A DNA stretch of 64,000 bases from Ostreococcus lucimarinus (lineage: Eukaryota), in assembly GCA_000092065.1 (NCBI GenBank), contig CP000593.1. One strand, 5' to 3'. Numbering within the stretch: position 1 is the first letter of the stretch; each line of letters begins with the position of its first letter. The position numbers were made by a program, and so were the translations under genes. Shown here piece after piece: positions 18,678-29,148 of the stretch. The notes beneath the pieces are model-generated. The model saw nothing but the letters and a program-made list of their open reading frames with translations. It was not told where the DNA came from and searched no databases.

Positions 18678-19523
18678 TCATTCGCTCGCGATGACTTTTT
18701 CCTTCAACCAATGCGGCTTTCTATCCGGCGCATTCTCATCGCTCTCGCGCAGCGCCTCGGCCTCGGCCTCGCGCTTGGCGTACGCTTCGGCTTTGACCGC
18801 CGCTTCGGCTTCGTAACGCGCGCGCGCGGCTTCGTCTTTTTGCCCGGTGAGCACCAAGTAGTGCGCGACGGAATCGTAGCCCATCGCCAAACTGCGGCGA
18901 TACATGGTGCCGGTCGGCGGGTATCCCTTCTTCGTTCTACAAAACGAGCAATTGCATATGTCCAAGCAACTCGGACACCGCCACGCGTCGCCGCGAGCGA
19001 TGACCTCCCGAATATTAAGTCCCTGCCGCATGTAGAGGCAGTCGCCGCAATACACCCCGCGCATCATCTCGCACCCCGCGCACGACGTCCGCAGCCCTTT
19101 CGTCTTCTGTCGGCACTGATGACAGCACTGTCCATTCACCGGGTCGTATATTCTGCGCCCTTTATCGTCGTAACCGTCCTCGAACAGCGTCCACGGCTCG
19201 GCCGCGCTTCCCAGAGCCTCCGCGTGCCGCGCTTCGTACACCTCCTCGTTGTACCGCACCTCGAACAAATCCCGCGACGCGTCGTTCGGATCGAACGCTT
19301 CCGGTTCTTCGTTGCGCACGCGCCGCGACGCGCGCACGGGCGCGGCGCTGCCCTTATTCTCCTCGTTCGACGTCCGCTCGAAGGCGTTCGAAAAGTTTGT
19401 TTTTTTGCGCTTCTTTTGCGCGTCGCGCGCGAGCGATTTCGCGTGCTCCAGCACGCCGAGCTGCGCCATGCGTCGTTTGTTCGCCTCGATGCGCTCGAGG
19501 CGCTCTAACTCGTACGCGCTCAT
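18678..19523 (-). CDS. CDCA7/JPO1-like protein with a C-terminal 4CXXC_R1 zinc-finger domain.
   Basis: 281 aa. The cysteine pattern CCHQCRQKT…CAGCE…YCGDCLYMRQG…WRCPSCLDICNCSFCR matches the CDCA7 zinc-finger domain. Confidence 0.7.
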   Translation of the reverse strand: MSAYELERLERIEANKRRMAQLGVLEHAKSLARDAQKKRKKTNFSNAFERTSNEENKGSAAPVRASRRVRNEEPEAFDPNDASRDLFEVRYNEEVYEARHAEALGSAAEPWTLFEDGYDDKGRRIYDPVNGQCCHQCRQKTKGLRTSCAGCEMMRGVYCGDCLYMRQGLNIREVIARGDAWRCPSCLDICNCSFCRTKKGYPPTGTMYRRSLAMGYDSVAHYLVLTGQKDEAARARYEAEAAVKAEAYAKREAEAEALRESDENAPDRKPHWLKEKVIASE

Positions 19524-20284
19524 GGCGACGGACGAACGACGCGACGTGCGGCTTTGGAATCGCGAGCTGTCTTTGGAATTTTAAATTCCAAAGCGACGCT
19601 CGGACGCGACGTTCAGACGCGCCGCGGCGATCGAACGACGGCGCGCGGGTTCGCGAACGCAAAACACAGCGTGATGATGATACAACAATATCGCGCTCGA
19701 CGACGGCGCGTCGTCGTCGCGTCGACGCCGCGTCTCGCGCCGCGTCGTTCGTCGTCGCCGAAAATTCGTCGCCGAACGCGCGTCACGCCGAAAATCCATC
19801 CCGCGAATCGTCGCCGTCGTCGTCTCGCGCCTCGATCGCCCCCTGCACGTCCACCGCCATCGCGTACACCGCGATCGACGCCGCGCCGTGCGTCGCGTAC
19901 GCCAATCCGATCGCGACGCCGCGACGCGAGACGCCGCGCCGAGCCACCGCGAGCGTCGCGCACGCCGCGCTCGCGCACGCGTCGATCACCGCGCTCGCGC
20001 CGCCCGCGACGCGCAGCGTCGCGAGCGCGCCCTGGACGCCGCGCCGCCCGCGCGCGCTCGGGACGAAGAACGTCGTCGCCGCGAGCGCGCCGAGGACGCC
20101 GGGCACGAGCGCGACGTACAGCGCGCGCGGCGCCGCGACGACGAGCGCGATCGACGCCGCGCCCCACGCGCCGACGAGCGGCGCGCTCGCGCTCCAGCGC
20201 GCGATGGCGCGACGCGCGAGCGCGTCGGCGCCCGCGCGCGCCGGCGCCGGCGCCATCGCGCGCGCGAATGCCGACGACACAACC

Positions 20285-21256
20285 ATGCGCGACGACGACG
20301 CGGAAACCGGCGCGCGCGCGCGCGACGCGCTCGCGAGGCACGGCGAGGCGTTCATGGCGATGTTCGACGCCGACGACGACGGCGCGCGACGGCGACGCGG
20401 GCCGCGCGGCGCGAAAGCGCGCGATGGGTCGGCGCCGGCGGCGGCGAAGAAACGCGCGCGCGACGACGACGACGCGACGACGACGCGACGCGCGCGCTCG
20501 ACGGACGCGGTCGCGAAGACATCGCGCGCCGCGAACGGGTCGACGTCGGACGACGGGAAGACGATGGTGTTCGACGGACGACGGACGGTTTCGGCGGCGG
20601 CGGCGAAGGCGAAGGCGCGGGACGCGAGCGCGGCGAGCGCGAGTCCGAGCGGACGGCTGATCGATACGAAAAAGGCGCGAAAGGCGTTCATGAGCGCCGA
20701 GGCGGGGAAGGTGCTGAACGATGACGTGGTGAGAGCGGCGCGCGAGCGCGACAAGGACGCGGAGGATGGCGGCGAGGCGAGGTTCGGGAAATTTAGCGCG
20801 CTGCGGGAGGAGGTGCAAGCGTTCGGCGCGCGCGGATTGGCGAAGTGGGATAGGCAGGCGCTGGAAACGAAACGATTGGTCGAGCTCGGGATGAAGCCGA
20901 AGAAAGGACCGAGGATTCCGCCGACCATCGGCGTCGGGTTGGCCAAGGCGAACGAAAAGCGCGCGGAGACGGCGAGGCAGGAGGCGTTCGCGGCTGGGTA
21001 TAAGCTCGAAAAGAAGGCGGCGAAGAAGTCGAGCGATGCTGCGCGCGATCGCGGATTAGCGTGGGGGTCGTCGACGTTTAGTACCAGTAACGGGGTGATG
21101 AAGGTGAACAAGAGAGACATGGTGAATCACGACAAGTTGGTGGACACGAAGGCGATGCTGCGCGGCGAGGGCAGGCGGCCGCAGATGAAGTCGTCCGGGA
21201 AGAAGACAAAGAAAAAAGGCAAGGCAGTCAAGGCGGGGAGAAAGTCCAAGCGATGA
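20285..21256 (+). CDS. Hypothetical conserved protein, about 320 aa, with a basic Lys-rich C-terminus (nucleolar or ribosome-biogenesis-like).
   Basis: Protein-like C-terminal half (…FGKFSALREEVQAFGARGLAKWDRQALETKRLVELGMKPKKGPRIPPTIGVGLAKANEKRAETARQEAFAAGYKLEKKAAKK…KKTKKKGKAVKAGRKSKR). The track ORF from 19397 has a low-complexity N-terminal ~300 aa considered spurious. The first plausible ATG is at 20285 (MRDDDAETG…). Confidence 0.5.
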   Translation: MRDDDAETGARARDALARHGEAFMAMFDADDDGARRRRGPRGAKARDGSAPAAAKKRARDDDDATTTRRARSTDAVAKTSRAANGSTSDDGKTMVFDGRRTVSAAAAKAKARDASAASASPSGRLIDTKKARKAFMSAEAGKVLNDDVVRAARERDKDAEDGGEARFGKFSALREEVQAFGARGLAKWDRQALETKRLVELGMKPKKGPRIPPTIGVGLAKANEKRAETARQEAFAAGYKLEKKAAKKSSDAARDRGLAWGSSTFSTSNGVMKVNKRDMVNHDKLVDTKAMLRGEGRRPQMKSSGKKTKKKGKAVKAGRKSKR

Positions 21257-21317
21257 GCCGATGAGCTTAACTAGGAACTAATAGCGTTGTATTATCAAAC
21301 ACCTGTGTACGTTTCGA

Positions 21318-24300
21318 CTACGCCCCGGCTCGACGAATCGCGTCTTGACTCTGCGCGGGCAGACTGGAGAGCGTAGCTCGCACGCGCTGATCTTCGGCGC
21401 GCGAGAGCGCGATTCCTAATATTCGCGACGTGTCTATCGGTGCGAGCGCACCATCGGTGACCACTTCGGCTAAAATACCGACGATGCGAGTCATCGCGGC
21501 GTCGGCGAGCGAGGTTGGATTTTCCGTAATCGTCGACGCGAGCCAATGGTAGACGTCCGGGCCTTCTTCTAAATCGTTTCGCAAGGGTAGCGCGTTGAGA
21601 ACGACATCAAGCAGTGCGGATGCGTTTTCGCGAGCATGACCGCCGTCGATGACTTGTAGCAAACGCGCGATGGCGCCCACGGCGTTATCGCGAACGCCGC
21701 CGTCGGATTCTCGGTCCGCTCGCGTCATCGGCGCGAGTGCCTCCGCGATGGCGCCGTGGAAATCTATCGCGCTCGCACCACCTATTTGCGCCAGTATACC
21801 GATGCAATAAATACTGTTGCGCCTCAAACCGACGTCCAGAGACGCGACGTCACGCAAACACCTCGGGAGCGCAACGACGGCGCATCCCGCAGCGGGCGCA
21901 CCGACGGCGCGCACCACCTCGACGAGCGTCGCGTAGCACAGTGAACGCTCGGTTTCGGTATGATTTTCTTCCGTGCGCTTCATCAAAGCGTTGAAGTGCG
22001 GCACAAAGTGCGTCGCGAACGTCTCTCCCATGTACATCGCGAGCGCAGGTAAGAGCTCGGCGACGGCTTCGATGACAACCAAGCCCGCTTCGACGTCTTC
22101 GTCTTCGTCTTCATCGCCTTCTTCGTCGCCTTCTTCGCTGTCATACCCATCTTCGACTTGACAGAACGTGTTGCCCTCTAGAATTTCCAAACTTGCCGCG
22201 GTGAGATCGATGACGTGCTGCGAGACGTCTACCCCGCGATGTTCTTTGAGAATGTTTACGAGAAGCGCCGCGGCTTCCACGGACGCGGCCACCGCATCCC
22301 GATCTTCGTCTTCTAAAACACAACGAATCGTGGCCGAGAGTGAGTCGTTCACCAGTTCTTTCGCGCCTTCGGGGTTGATGCTGAGTGCCGCGATCGTAGT
22401 TTGCGCGAGCGCAAGGTGCGCCTGCACGCGCACCATCTCGTGCATATAATCCGTCATGCCTCCGAGTAGCTCGGACGCCTTGGCGATGTACGGCGCGAAT
22501 GCGCGAGGACAATGCGAAGCATAACAATTCAGCGCTTTGCACGCCGACGCTTTCTCGTCCATGACGCCGGAGCGAATGGAGTAACCCGCCGGCTTCCTCG
22601 TCATACCATCGGCACCGTCGCCGTCGCCGTCGTCGTCCGAATCCAACTCTTCGCGATCGGCTTCGTCCTCGCTGTCAAACATGATACCATCGTCCAGTTC
22701 GAGCGACGCGAACGCTTTCTGCGCGCACACGGCGAGGTAGCGATCGAAATCTTCCTTGAGCGCCTCCGCCACTTCGCCAAACAAGCCGTGGGCGTATTCC
22801 CGGAGCTCGGCAAAATCGAGCTCGAACCCAGAGAGCCCGGCTTGCATGGCGTTTTCCACGTGCGGTCCCATGGCCTCCTTGCCACCTTCGGCCGAAATCA
22901 ACATCCCCAGCACTTCTAACGCGCGCGCGCGAACGTTCAATTCTTCATCCGCCGTCAGAGACAAGCAACGATCGAGTCTAGGCAAGAGTTCGCCCAAGTA
23001 CGGATGCACCTTGTCCCCGCTCGACGCCGTCGCGGACGCGAGCGCCGAAAGTAACATCTCGCGCACGTGGCGCTTGGCACCGCTATCGAGAGCTAATAAG
23101 ACTATGTCGAGCAAAGGTTTGACGTACACGCCGACTTCGTCTTGAACGTCTTCCAACCACGCATCCATTGCATACATCATGCGCTCTTGCACGCTCTTCA
23201 CTTGCTCAACCGGAAGCGCGGTGAATAAGCTCGGCAGCACTTGCTTGTGCATGTCCGGGTCTTCCAACGTCAACCCAAGGTGCTCGGCAAACTGTCCGAG
23301 CGTAAACGCCGCCGCGCCTCGCACGGGTCCATTTAGATCGCTCAAGCGTCCGACCACACTCGGCACGATGGTGCTCGCGTGCGCGCGCACGCCCTCGGCG
23401 CACCCTTCGGTGACGACGCCGAGCACGGCGACTGCGGCGTGACGCAAGCGGTCGTTCGATGCATTGTTGATATTCGCCGCGGCGAATGACAGAACCGTCG
23501 GAAGGACATACTTTGCCGGCACTTTAAGCGCTAAAATATCAATGAGCTGACTCGCTACGGTTTGTATGTGCACCTCGTCTTCGTCTTCGAGATCGTCCTC
23601 GCCCGCGAGCTCGGCTTCCTTGGGCTCACCACACAGCGGGCACAACACGGCCAGCATCGGCTCGACAAGCTTAGACTTTGTCAGTGCCTTTGGTTTGTGA
23701 CGCGCCATGTACGCCAGCACGTCTAACGCGCGTCGTCGCGCGCTCGTCCCGAGCTCGCGTTCCGCCGTGGCGACTTGAATGCAAAAGCCGACGACGGCGG
23801 GCACGTGTCCACTCAAAGCGCTCGTGCGACTCTCCGTGAGCGCATCTAGGACCTCAAACACGATCGATGCCGACTCTTCGTCTTCGTTCGACACCGCCGT
23901 CTTCGCCGCCTCGAGCACGTGCGGCACCAACGACTTTATCACCGCCACCTCCTCGGGCTCGCCCGACGCGTTCGCCACCAACGCCCCGACGGCGCGAAGC
24001 GCGCTCACCCGCACCTCATCGTGCGCGTCCACGAGTCCGTTCGCAAACAATCCCGCCAACGTCTTAAAGTGATGACTCAGCGAGCTCACGATCGTCTCCG
24101 TCAGGCTCTCGAACAACTTAAACGCCAACGCTCGATGCGCCGTCTCGGGCGAGCTCGCGCACTGTCCCAAAAATTCCAACAACTCGTTCCACTCCCCCTG
24201 CGGCACCGTCCAACGCGCGATTTTCGCGATAACGTCCAGCACCGCATTCCTCAGCGCCTTGCTCTCCGCCGTCATCGCTCGATCCAGAAGCGCTCGCTTC

Positions 24301-24602
24301 GCCTCGTCCCTCTCGCCGCGCGTCAACCTCGACGCGAACGCCCTCGGCGTGCACCTTCGCTTCACCGTCACGCACGCCAGCGTTCGCACCGCCTCCGCGT
24401 CGCTCGCCGACATCGTCGGCACCGTCTCCGTCCAGCCTCCGCACGCGATCGCGAGCAGCGACTTGAGCGCGCCGTCCGCGCGCTTCACCGCCGACAGCAG
24501 CGCCGCCTCGCCGCGCTCGCGCCGCCGCGCGTCCGCGCTCAGCGCGTCGCCGAGCAGCGCGAGCACGCCCGGGACGGAGCAGTCGATCGCGTCCGTCGCC
24601 AT
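21318..24602 (-). CDS. Importin-beta family nuclear transport receptor (IPO4/IPO5, Kap123/Kap121-like), 1094 aa of HEAT repeats.
   Basis: Length and HEAT-repeat character throughout. N-terminal importin-N-like segment, an acidic loop (DDGDGDGADG, EEGDEEGDEDEDEDVE), and C-terminal conserved helices. Confidence 0.8.
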   Translation of the reverse strand: MATDAIDCSVPGVLALLGDALSADARRRERGEAALLSAVKRADGALKSLLAIACGGWTETVPTMSASDAEAVRTLACVTVKRRCTPRAFASRLTRGERDEAKRALLDRAMTAESKALRNAVLDVIAKIARWTVPQGEWNELLEFLGQCASSPETAHRALAFKLFESLTETIVSSLSHHFKTLAGLFANGLVDAHDEVRVSALRAVGALVANASGEPEEVAVIKSLVPHVLEAAKTAVSNEDEESASIVFEVLDALTESRTSALSGHVPAVVGFCIQVATAERELGTSARRRALDVLAYMARHKPKALTKSKLVEPMLAVLCPLCGEPKEAELAGEDDLEDEDEVHIQTVASQLIDILALKVPAKYVLPTVLSFAAANINNASNDRLRHAAVAVLGVVTEGCAEGVRAHASTIVPSVVGRLSDLNGPVRGAAAFTLGQFAEHLGLTLEDPDMHKQVLPSLFTALPVEQVKSVQERMMYAMDAWLEDVQDEVGVYVKPLLDIVLLALDSGAKRHVREMLLSALASATASSGDKVHPYLGELLPRLDRCLSLTADEELNVRARALEVLGMLISAEGGKEAMGPHVENAMQAGLSGFELDFAELREYAHGLFGEVAEALKEDFDRYLAVCAQKAFASLELDDGIMFDSEDEADREELDSDDDGDGDGADGMTRKPAGYSIRSGVMDEKASACKALNCYASHCPRAFAPYIAKASELLGGMTDYMHEMVRVQAHLALAQTTIAALSINPEGAKELVNDSLSATIRCVLEDEDRDAVAASVEAAALLVNILKEHRGVDVSQHVIDLTAASLEILEGNTFCQVEDGYDSEEGDEEGDEDEDEDVEAGLVVIEAVAELLPALAMYMGETFATHFVPHFNALMKRTEENHTETERSLCYATLVEVVRAVGAPAAGCAVVALPRCLRDVASLDVGLRRNSIYCIGILAQIGGASAIDFHGAIAEALAPMTRADRESDGGVRDNAVGAIARLLQVIDGGHARENASALLDVVLNALPLRNDLEEGPDVYHWLASTITENPTSLADAAMTRIVGILAEVVTDGALAPIDTSRILGIALSRAEDQRVRATLSSLPAQSQDAIRRAGA

Positions 24603-24766
24603 GGCGCGCGGCGCTCGATCGCCGGCGCGTCGCGCGACCGCGCGGCGTCGTCGAGTGCGGTCGGCGCTTCATCGCGGCCGCCGCACACGACGACGCGAGA
24701 CGCGCGCGCGGCGCGACCGCGCCGACGACGACGCGACGACGCGACGACGCGCGGTGACCGTCGCGC

Positions 24767-26995
24767 ATGTTCGCGCGCTCGACGTCGACGGCGCACAGGC
24801 GCGGCGCGGGCATCATCCCGCCTCGCGTGCACGCGTTGGACACGAACGACGAAATCGCCGCGCGCGTCGACGCGTGCGCGCGCGCGGTGCCGTCGAGCGA
24901 CGCGAACGATGCGCTCGCGCTGTTCGGTCGCGCGCTCGAGCACTCGCCGGCGCTGAAACAGCGCGTGTTGAAGCTCGAACGAGAATTCACGAACGAAGGA
25001 CGCCGGACGTACGACGCGCTCGCGGACGCGCTGGAGTCGGTGTCCGACGCCGACGTCGGGTGCGCGCACAAGACGCGCGCGTTGGCGACGTGCGTGACGA
25101 CCGGGAGCGGCGAGGGCGCGGACGCGATGCGGGAGGCGATGGAGGCGCTGTCGAGCGAACGCGAGCGGTTGGCGAATTTCACGAGAAACGCGCTGGCGAG
25201 CGAAAACGTGCGAAGAGCGACGGAAAAGGACGTCGGGGAGCTGCGCGAACGTCGTAAAGCGGTGGATGCGGCGAAGAAGGAGTACGATGGGGTGCGACAG
25301 CGATATATGAAGACGACGGGAGGGGAGGAAGAGTTGCGCGCGGCGAAACTGTCGTTTGAGCGCGCGCGACGGGATTTGCTCGTAGCGCTGCAACGAGTGA
25401 ATGTGGCGAAGCACACGCGCACGAAACGGTGCGCCGTAGACTTAATCGACGCGCAGTTGGATTACTTTCGTCGGGGGGTGGAAATATTGACTCGCCTCTC
25501 GCCCACGCTGGATATTTTGAGAAAGGACGTCGCGGCGGCGGAGGCCGAGGGCGCGGACTTAGAGGCGGCGTTGAACGAGGAAATGGAAAAGCTGATGGCG
25601 CGGTGCGATGACGAAGCGCAATCGACATCGGACGCACTGTCGATGGTAAGTGACCGCGCGAGAGAGATGAGCGCGCAGATGGCGTCGTCCGCCGCGGGAT
25701 ACGGGTCCTCTCAAAACGAAGCGTTGATGCAAGGATATTTATTGAAGCGATCGAGCGGGAAAATTCAAGATTGGAAGCGGCGATTCTTCGTTTTGGATGC
25801 GCGCGGATCGCTGACGTACACGAAATCGCTTTCGTCCAATCCGAGGAAAGCGCTCGGCGGGAAGTTGTTATCGCTCGGGTCGATGCGAAATAAGTCGTCA
25901 AACGCGCCTTCGACGCAGACGACTGGCGGAGGAGAGGTACGCGAGACGGTATCTTTGCTCACGGCGACGATTAAACCCGACTTGGACGACGACTCGAACG
26001 CGCGTTTCGCGTTTCGCATCGTTTCTCCCGAAAAGACGTATTATTTACGCTGCGAAAGCAACGCGGAGCGAAGCAAATGGATGGAAGCTATCACGACCGC
26101 GATCGCGAGTTTATTAAATTCGAGCGTGAACGAAACAATCCTGGCAGAGCACGAAGCGAGCGTGAACAAATACGGGAGCAAGCATTCGCGGACGATGTCG
26201 TCGATCTCGAGCGTCTCCGCGTACGACGGTCCGCCACCCTTGACGGTGCTCGGCGCCGTGCCCGGCAACGGATTCTGCGCCGATTGCGACATGCCAGAGC
26301 CGGATTGGGCGAGTCTTAACCTCGGTATCATGCTTTGCTTGCAATGCAGCGGCGTTCATAGGCAGTTGGGCGTGCAGGTGAGCAAAGTTCGGAGCGCAAC
26401 GCTCGACGTGCGCGCGTGGGAGCCAAGCGTGTTGGAATTTTTCTCGCGCTGGGGCAACGCCCAATCGAACGCGCGTTGGGAGTACGAAAAAGCCGAAGTC
26501 GAGGCGAAAAAACCCAACAAGAATTCGTCGCTCGAATCTCGAAAGGCTTTCATACTCTCAAAGTACGTCGCCAAGGCGTTTTGCCGTCGCGAGGCGCAAC
26601 CGACCGAGTCGCAGCTCTTGACGGCGATCAACTCCAACTCGCTACCAGCCGTCATGGATTTACTCCTCAAAGGCCCGCACATCAAGATGCACTGGGTCAT
26701 GCTCACCGCCGCTTGCGACTGCGGTGATGCTTCCATCGCCATCCTCGAAGCTCTGCTGCACCACAACGTCGACGTGAACGCTCGAGAGAATCCGTACACC
26801 GAGGACACCGCGCTCCACTACGCCGCACGAAGAGGCCGAGACGCCTTCGCCAAGGTTCTACTCCGTCGCGGTGCCGACCCGCGCGTCCTCAACGGGCGCG
26901 GTCAGACCGCTTTCGACGTCGCCGTGGACGTTCACGGCGCGATTCGCGACGAGGATTTACTCATCATGCTCAGCGCCGCGCAAGACGACGACTAG
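24767..26995 (+). CDS. ArfGAP with BAR-like, PH, ArfGAP zinc-finger and ankyrin repeats (ACAP/centaurin-beta / plant AGD1-4 type).
   Basis: 742 aa. PH domain (MQGYLLKRSSGKIQDWKRRFFVLDARGSLTYTK…YYLRCESNAERSKWMEAI). ArfGAP C4 finger (CADCDMPEPDWASLNLGIMLCLQCSGVHRQLGVQVSKVRSATLDVRAWEP). C-terminal ankyrin repeats (TALHYAARRGRDAFAKVLLRRGADPRVLNGRGQTAFDVA). Confidence 0.85.
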   Translation: MFARSTSTAHRRGAGIIPPRVHALDTNDEIAARVDACARAVPSSDANDALALFGRALEHSPALKQRVLKLEREFTNEGRRTYDALADALESVSDADVGCAHKTRALATCVTTGSGEGADAMREAMEALSSERERLANFTRNALASENVRRATEKDVGELRERRKAVDAAKKEYDGVRQRYMKTTGGEEELRAAKLSFERARRDLLVALQRVNVAKHTRTKRCAVDLIDAQLDYFRRGVEILTRLSPTLDILRKDVAAAEAEGADLEAALNEEMEKLMARCDDEAQSTSDALSMVSDRAREMSAQMASSAAGYGSSQNEALMQGYLLKRSSGKIQDWKRRFFVLDARGSLTYTKSLSSNPRKALGGKLLSLGSMRNKSSNAPSTQTTGGGEVRETVSLLTATIKPDLDDDSNARFAFRIVSPEKTYYLRCESNAERSKWMEAITTAIASLLNSSVNETILAEHEASVNKYGSKHSRTMSSISSVSAYDGPPPLTVLGAVPGNGFCADCDMPEPDWASLNLGIMLCLQCSGVHRQLGVQVSKVRSATLDVRAWEPSVLEFFSRWGNAQSNARWEYEKAEVEAKKPNKNSSLESRKAFILSKYVAKAFCRREAQPTESQLLTAINSNSLPAVMDLLLKGPHIKMHWVMLTAACDCGDASIAILEALLHHNVDVNARENPYTEDTALHYAARRGRDAFAKVLLRRGADPRVLNGRGQTAFDVAVDVHGAIRDEDLLIMLSAAQDDD

Positions 26996-26999
26996 CCCT

Positions 27000-27004
27000 T
27001 GTAA
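27000..27004 (+). promoter_or_regulatory. Candidate poly(A) signal TGTAA, 5 nt downstream of the ArfGAP stop.
   Basis: CCCTTGTAACGCTCG immediately after TAG 26993-26995. Confidence 0.3.
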
Positions 27005-27192
27005 CGCTCGCGCCCGCGCACCACTAGGGCTGTGCTAGGTCATCGTCGAACCTCATTCGCGCGCGCGTCGCGAACGCCGTCGCGAACGCACGCGCACGCA
27101 CGAGCGCACGCAGGAAACGAACGGCATCGTCGACGACGTCGTGACGACCGCGACGGCGACGGCGCGCGACGAACGGCGCGTCGACGATCGCC

Positions 27193-29028
27193 ATGGGCAA
27201 AAAGAACAAAGACGAGGACCCGAACGAAAAGCTCGATCGCATCGCCATCGTCAACGGCGAGCGGTGCCGACCGAAAAAATGCAAACAAGAGTGTAAGCGA
27301 TCGTGCCCGGTGGTGAAGGTCGGAAAGTTGTGCATCGAGGTCGGACCGAAGGATAAGATTGCGTTTCTGAGCGAGGAGTTGTGCATCGGATGCGGGATTT
27401 GCGTGAAGAAGTGCCCGTTTGAAGCGCTGACGATCATCAATCTGCCGAAGAATTTGGAGCGAGAGACGACGCATAGATATGGGCCGAACACGTTTAAGTT
27501 GCATCGGTTGCCGACGCCGCGCGCGGGACAGGTGCTCGGGTTGGTGGGCACAAACGGGATCGGCAAGTCGACGGCGCTGAAAATTTTGGCGGGGAAATTG
27601 AAGCCGAATCTTGGGAATTTCACGAAACCGCCCGAGTGGAGCGATATTCTCGCGCACTTCCGCGGGTCGGAGTTGCAAAACTATCTGACGAAGATTTTGG
27701 AGGATGACATGAAGGCGTTGATTAAGCCGCAGTACGTCGATAACATTCCGAAAGCCGTCAAGGGAGAAGTCGAGCAATGCTTGAACGATAGAAACGAGTT
27801 GGACAACTTGGAATTTCTCAAGGACCAATTGGACTTGGAGAATGTCATGCAGCGTCAGGTGGCGCAGTTATCTGGGGGGGAGCTTCAGCGGTTCGCCACC
27901 GCGATCATCGCGTGCCAAAAGGCAGACATTTATATGTTTGACGAGCCGTCGTCGTACTTAGACGTCAAGCAACGTTTGAAGGCGTCTCGGGTGATTCGTT
28001 CTTTGTTAAAGAACGATACGTACGTCATCGTCGTCGAGCACGATTTGTCCGTGCTCGATTACTTGTCCGACTTCATTTGCTGCCTGTACGGGAAGCCCGG
28101 GGCGTACGGCGTCGTCACCATGCCCTTCTCTGTTCGCGAAGGCATCAACATTTTCCTCGCCGGTTTTGTGCCGACGGAGAACTTGCGTTTCCGCGACGAG
28201 GCGCTCACGTTCAAAGTCGCGGGCGCGGATAGTGGGATGGAGATTACCGACAAACATTTTTCGCGATACGAATACCCGGCGTTGGTGAAGACGCAGGGCG
28301 ATTTCAAACTCAACGTCGAGTCCGGTGAGTTCACCGATAGCGAAATTGTCGTGTTGCTCGGGGAGAACGGTACGGGTAAGACGACTTTTATTCGCCTTAT
28401 CGCCGGCTTGATTCAACCGGACGACGAAGAACTCGAACTTCCGGAGTTCAACGTGTCGTACAAGCCTCAAAAGATTTCCCCGAAGTTCCCGGGCACCGTG
28501 CGCGAGTTGCTTCACAAGAAGATTCGCGACTCTTACATGCACCCTCAGTTCGTTTCGGACGTTATGAAGCCTATGAACATCGATCCGTTGATGGACCAAG
28601 CGGTGCAAAACCTCTCCGGTGGTGAATTGCAACGCGTGGCGTTGGCGATGTGCATGGGTACGCCCGCGGACATTTACCTCATCGACGAACCGTCGGCGTA
28701 TTTGGATTCCGAGCAACGTGTGTGGGCGTCTAAGGTTATCAAGCGCTTCATCTTGCACGCCAAAAAGGTGGCTTTTATCGTGGAGCACGATTTCATCATG
28801 GCCACGTACCTCGCGGACAAGGTTGTGGTGTACTCTGGCGTCCCCGCCATCGAAGCGACGGCGCACGCGCCGCAGTCTTTGTTGACGGGTATGAACATGT
28901 TCCTGAAGGCGTTGGAGATTACGTTTCGACGCGATCCCACGAACTACCGTCCGCGCATTAACAAGTACCAGTCCCAGCTCGACAGCGAACAAAAGGCGGC
29001 GAACTGCTACTACTTGCTCGACGAGTAA
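27193..29028 (+). CDS. ABCE1: ABCE1 / RNase L inhibitor (Rli1): ribosome-recycling ABC ATPase with an N-terminal 4Fe-4S ferredoxin domain.
   Basis: 611 aa. Near-canonical N-terminus [50 protein letters not shown]…[22 protein letters not shown]. Two NBDs with Walker A ([18 protein letters not shown]) and signature motifs (LSGGELQR x2). Confidence 0.95.
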   Translation: MGKKNKDEDPNEKLDRIAIVNGERCRPKKCKQECKRSCPVVKVGKLCIEVGPKDKIAFLSEELCIGCGICVKKCPFEALTIINLPKNLERETTHRYGPNTFKLHRLPTPRAGQVLGLVGTNGIGKSTALKILAGKLKPNLGNFTKPPEWSDILAHFRGSELQNYLTKILEDDMKALIKPQYVDNIPKAVKGEVEQCLNDRNELDNLEFLKDQLDLENVMQRQVAQLSGGELQRFATAIIACQKADIYMFDEPSSYLDVKQRLKASRVIRSLLKNDTYVIVVEHDLSVLDYLSDFICCLYGKPGAYGVVTMPFSVREGINIFLAGFVPTENLRFRDEALTFKVAGADSGMEITDKHFSRYEYPALVKTQGDFKLNVESGEFTDSEIVVLLGENGTGKTTFIRLIAGLIQPDDEELELPEFNVSYKPQKISPKFPGTVRELLHKKIRDSYMHPQFVSDVMKPMNIDPLMDQAVQNLSGGELQRVALAMCMGTPADIYLIDEPSAYLDSEQRVWASKVIKRFILHAKKVAFIVEHDFIMATYLADKVVVYSGVPAIEATAHAPQSLLTGMNMFLKALEITFRRDPTNYRPRINKYQSQLDSEQKAANCYYLLDE

Positions 29029-29148
29029 GCGTCTCGTCTCGATTCACTTCAGTAGCCTTAGCGTAGATCGTGTCAATGTCGTCATGTTTTGTGTCATTGG
29101 TCTCATCATCACATCAGTGTTTCGTCTTCTAAGTCATCTAATCGTATT

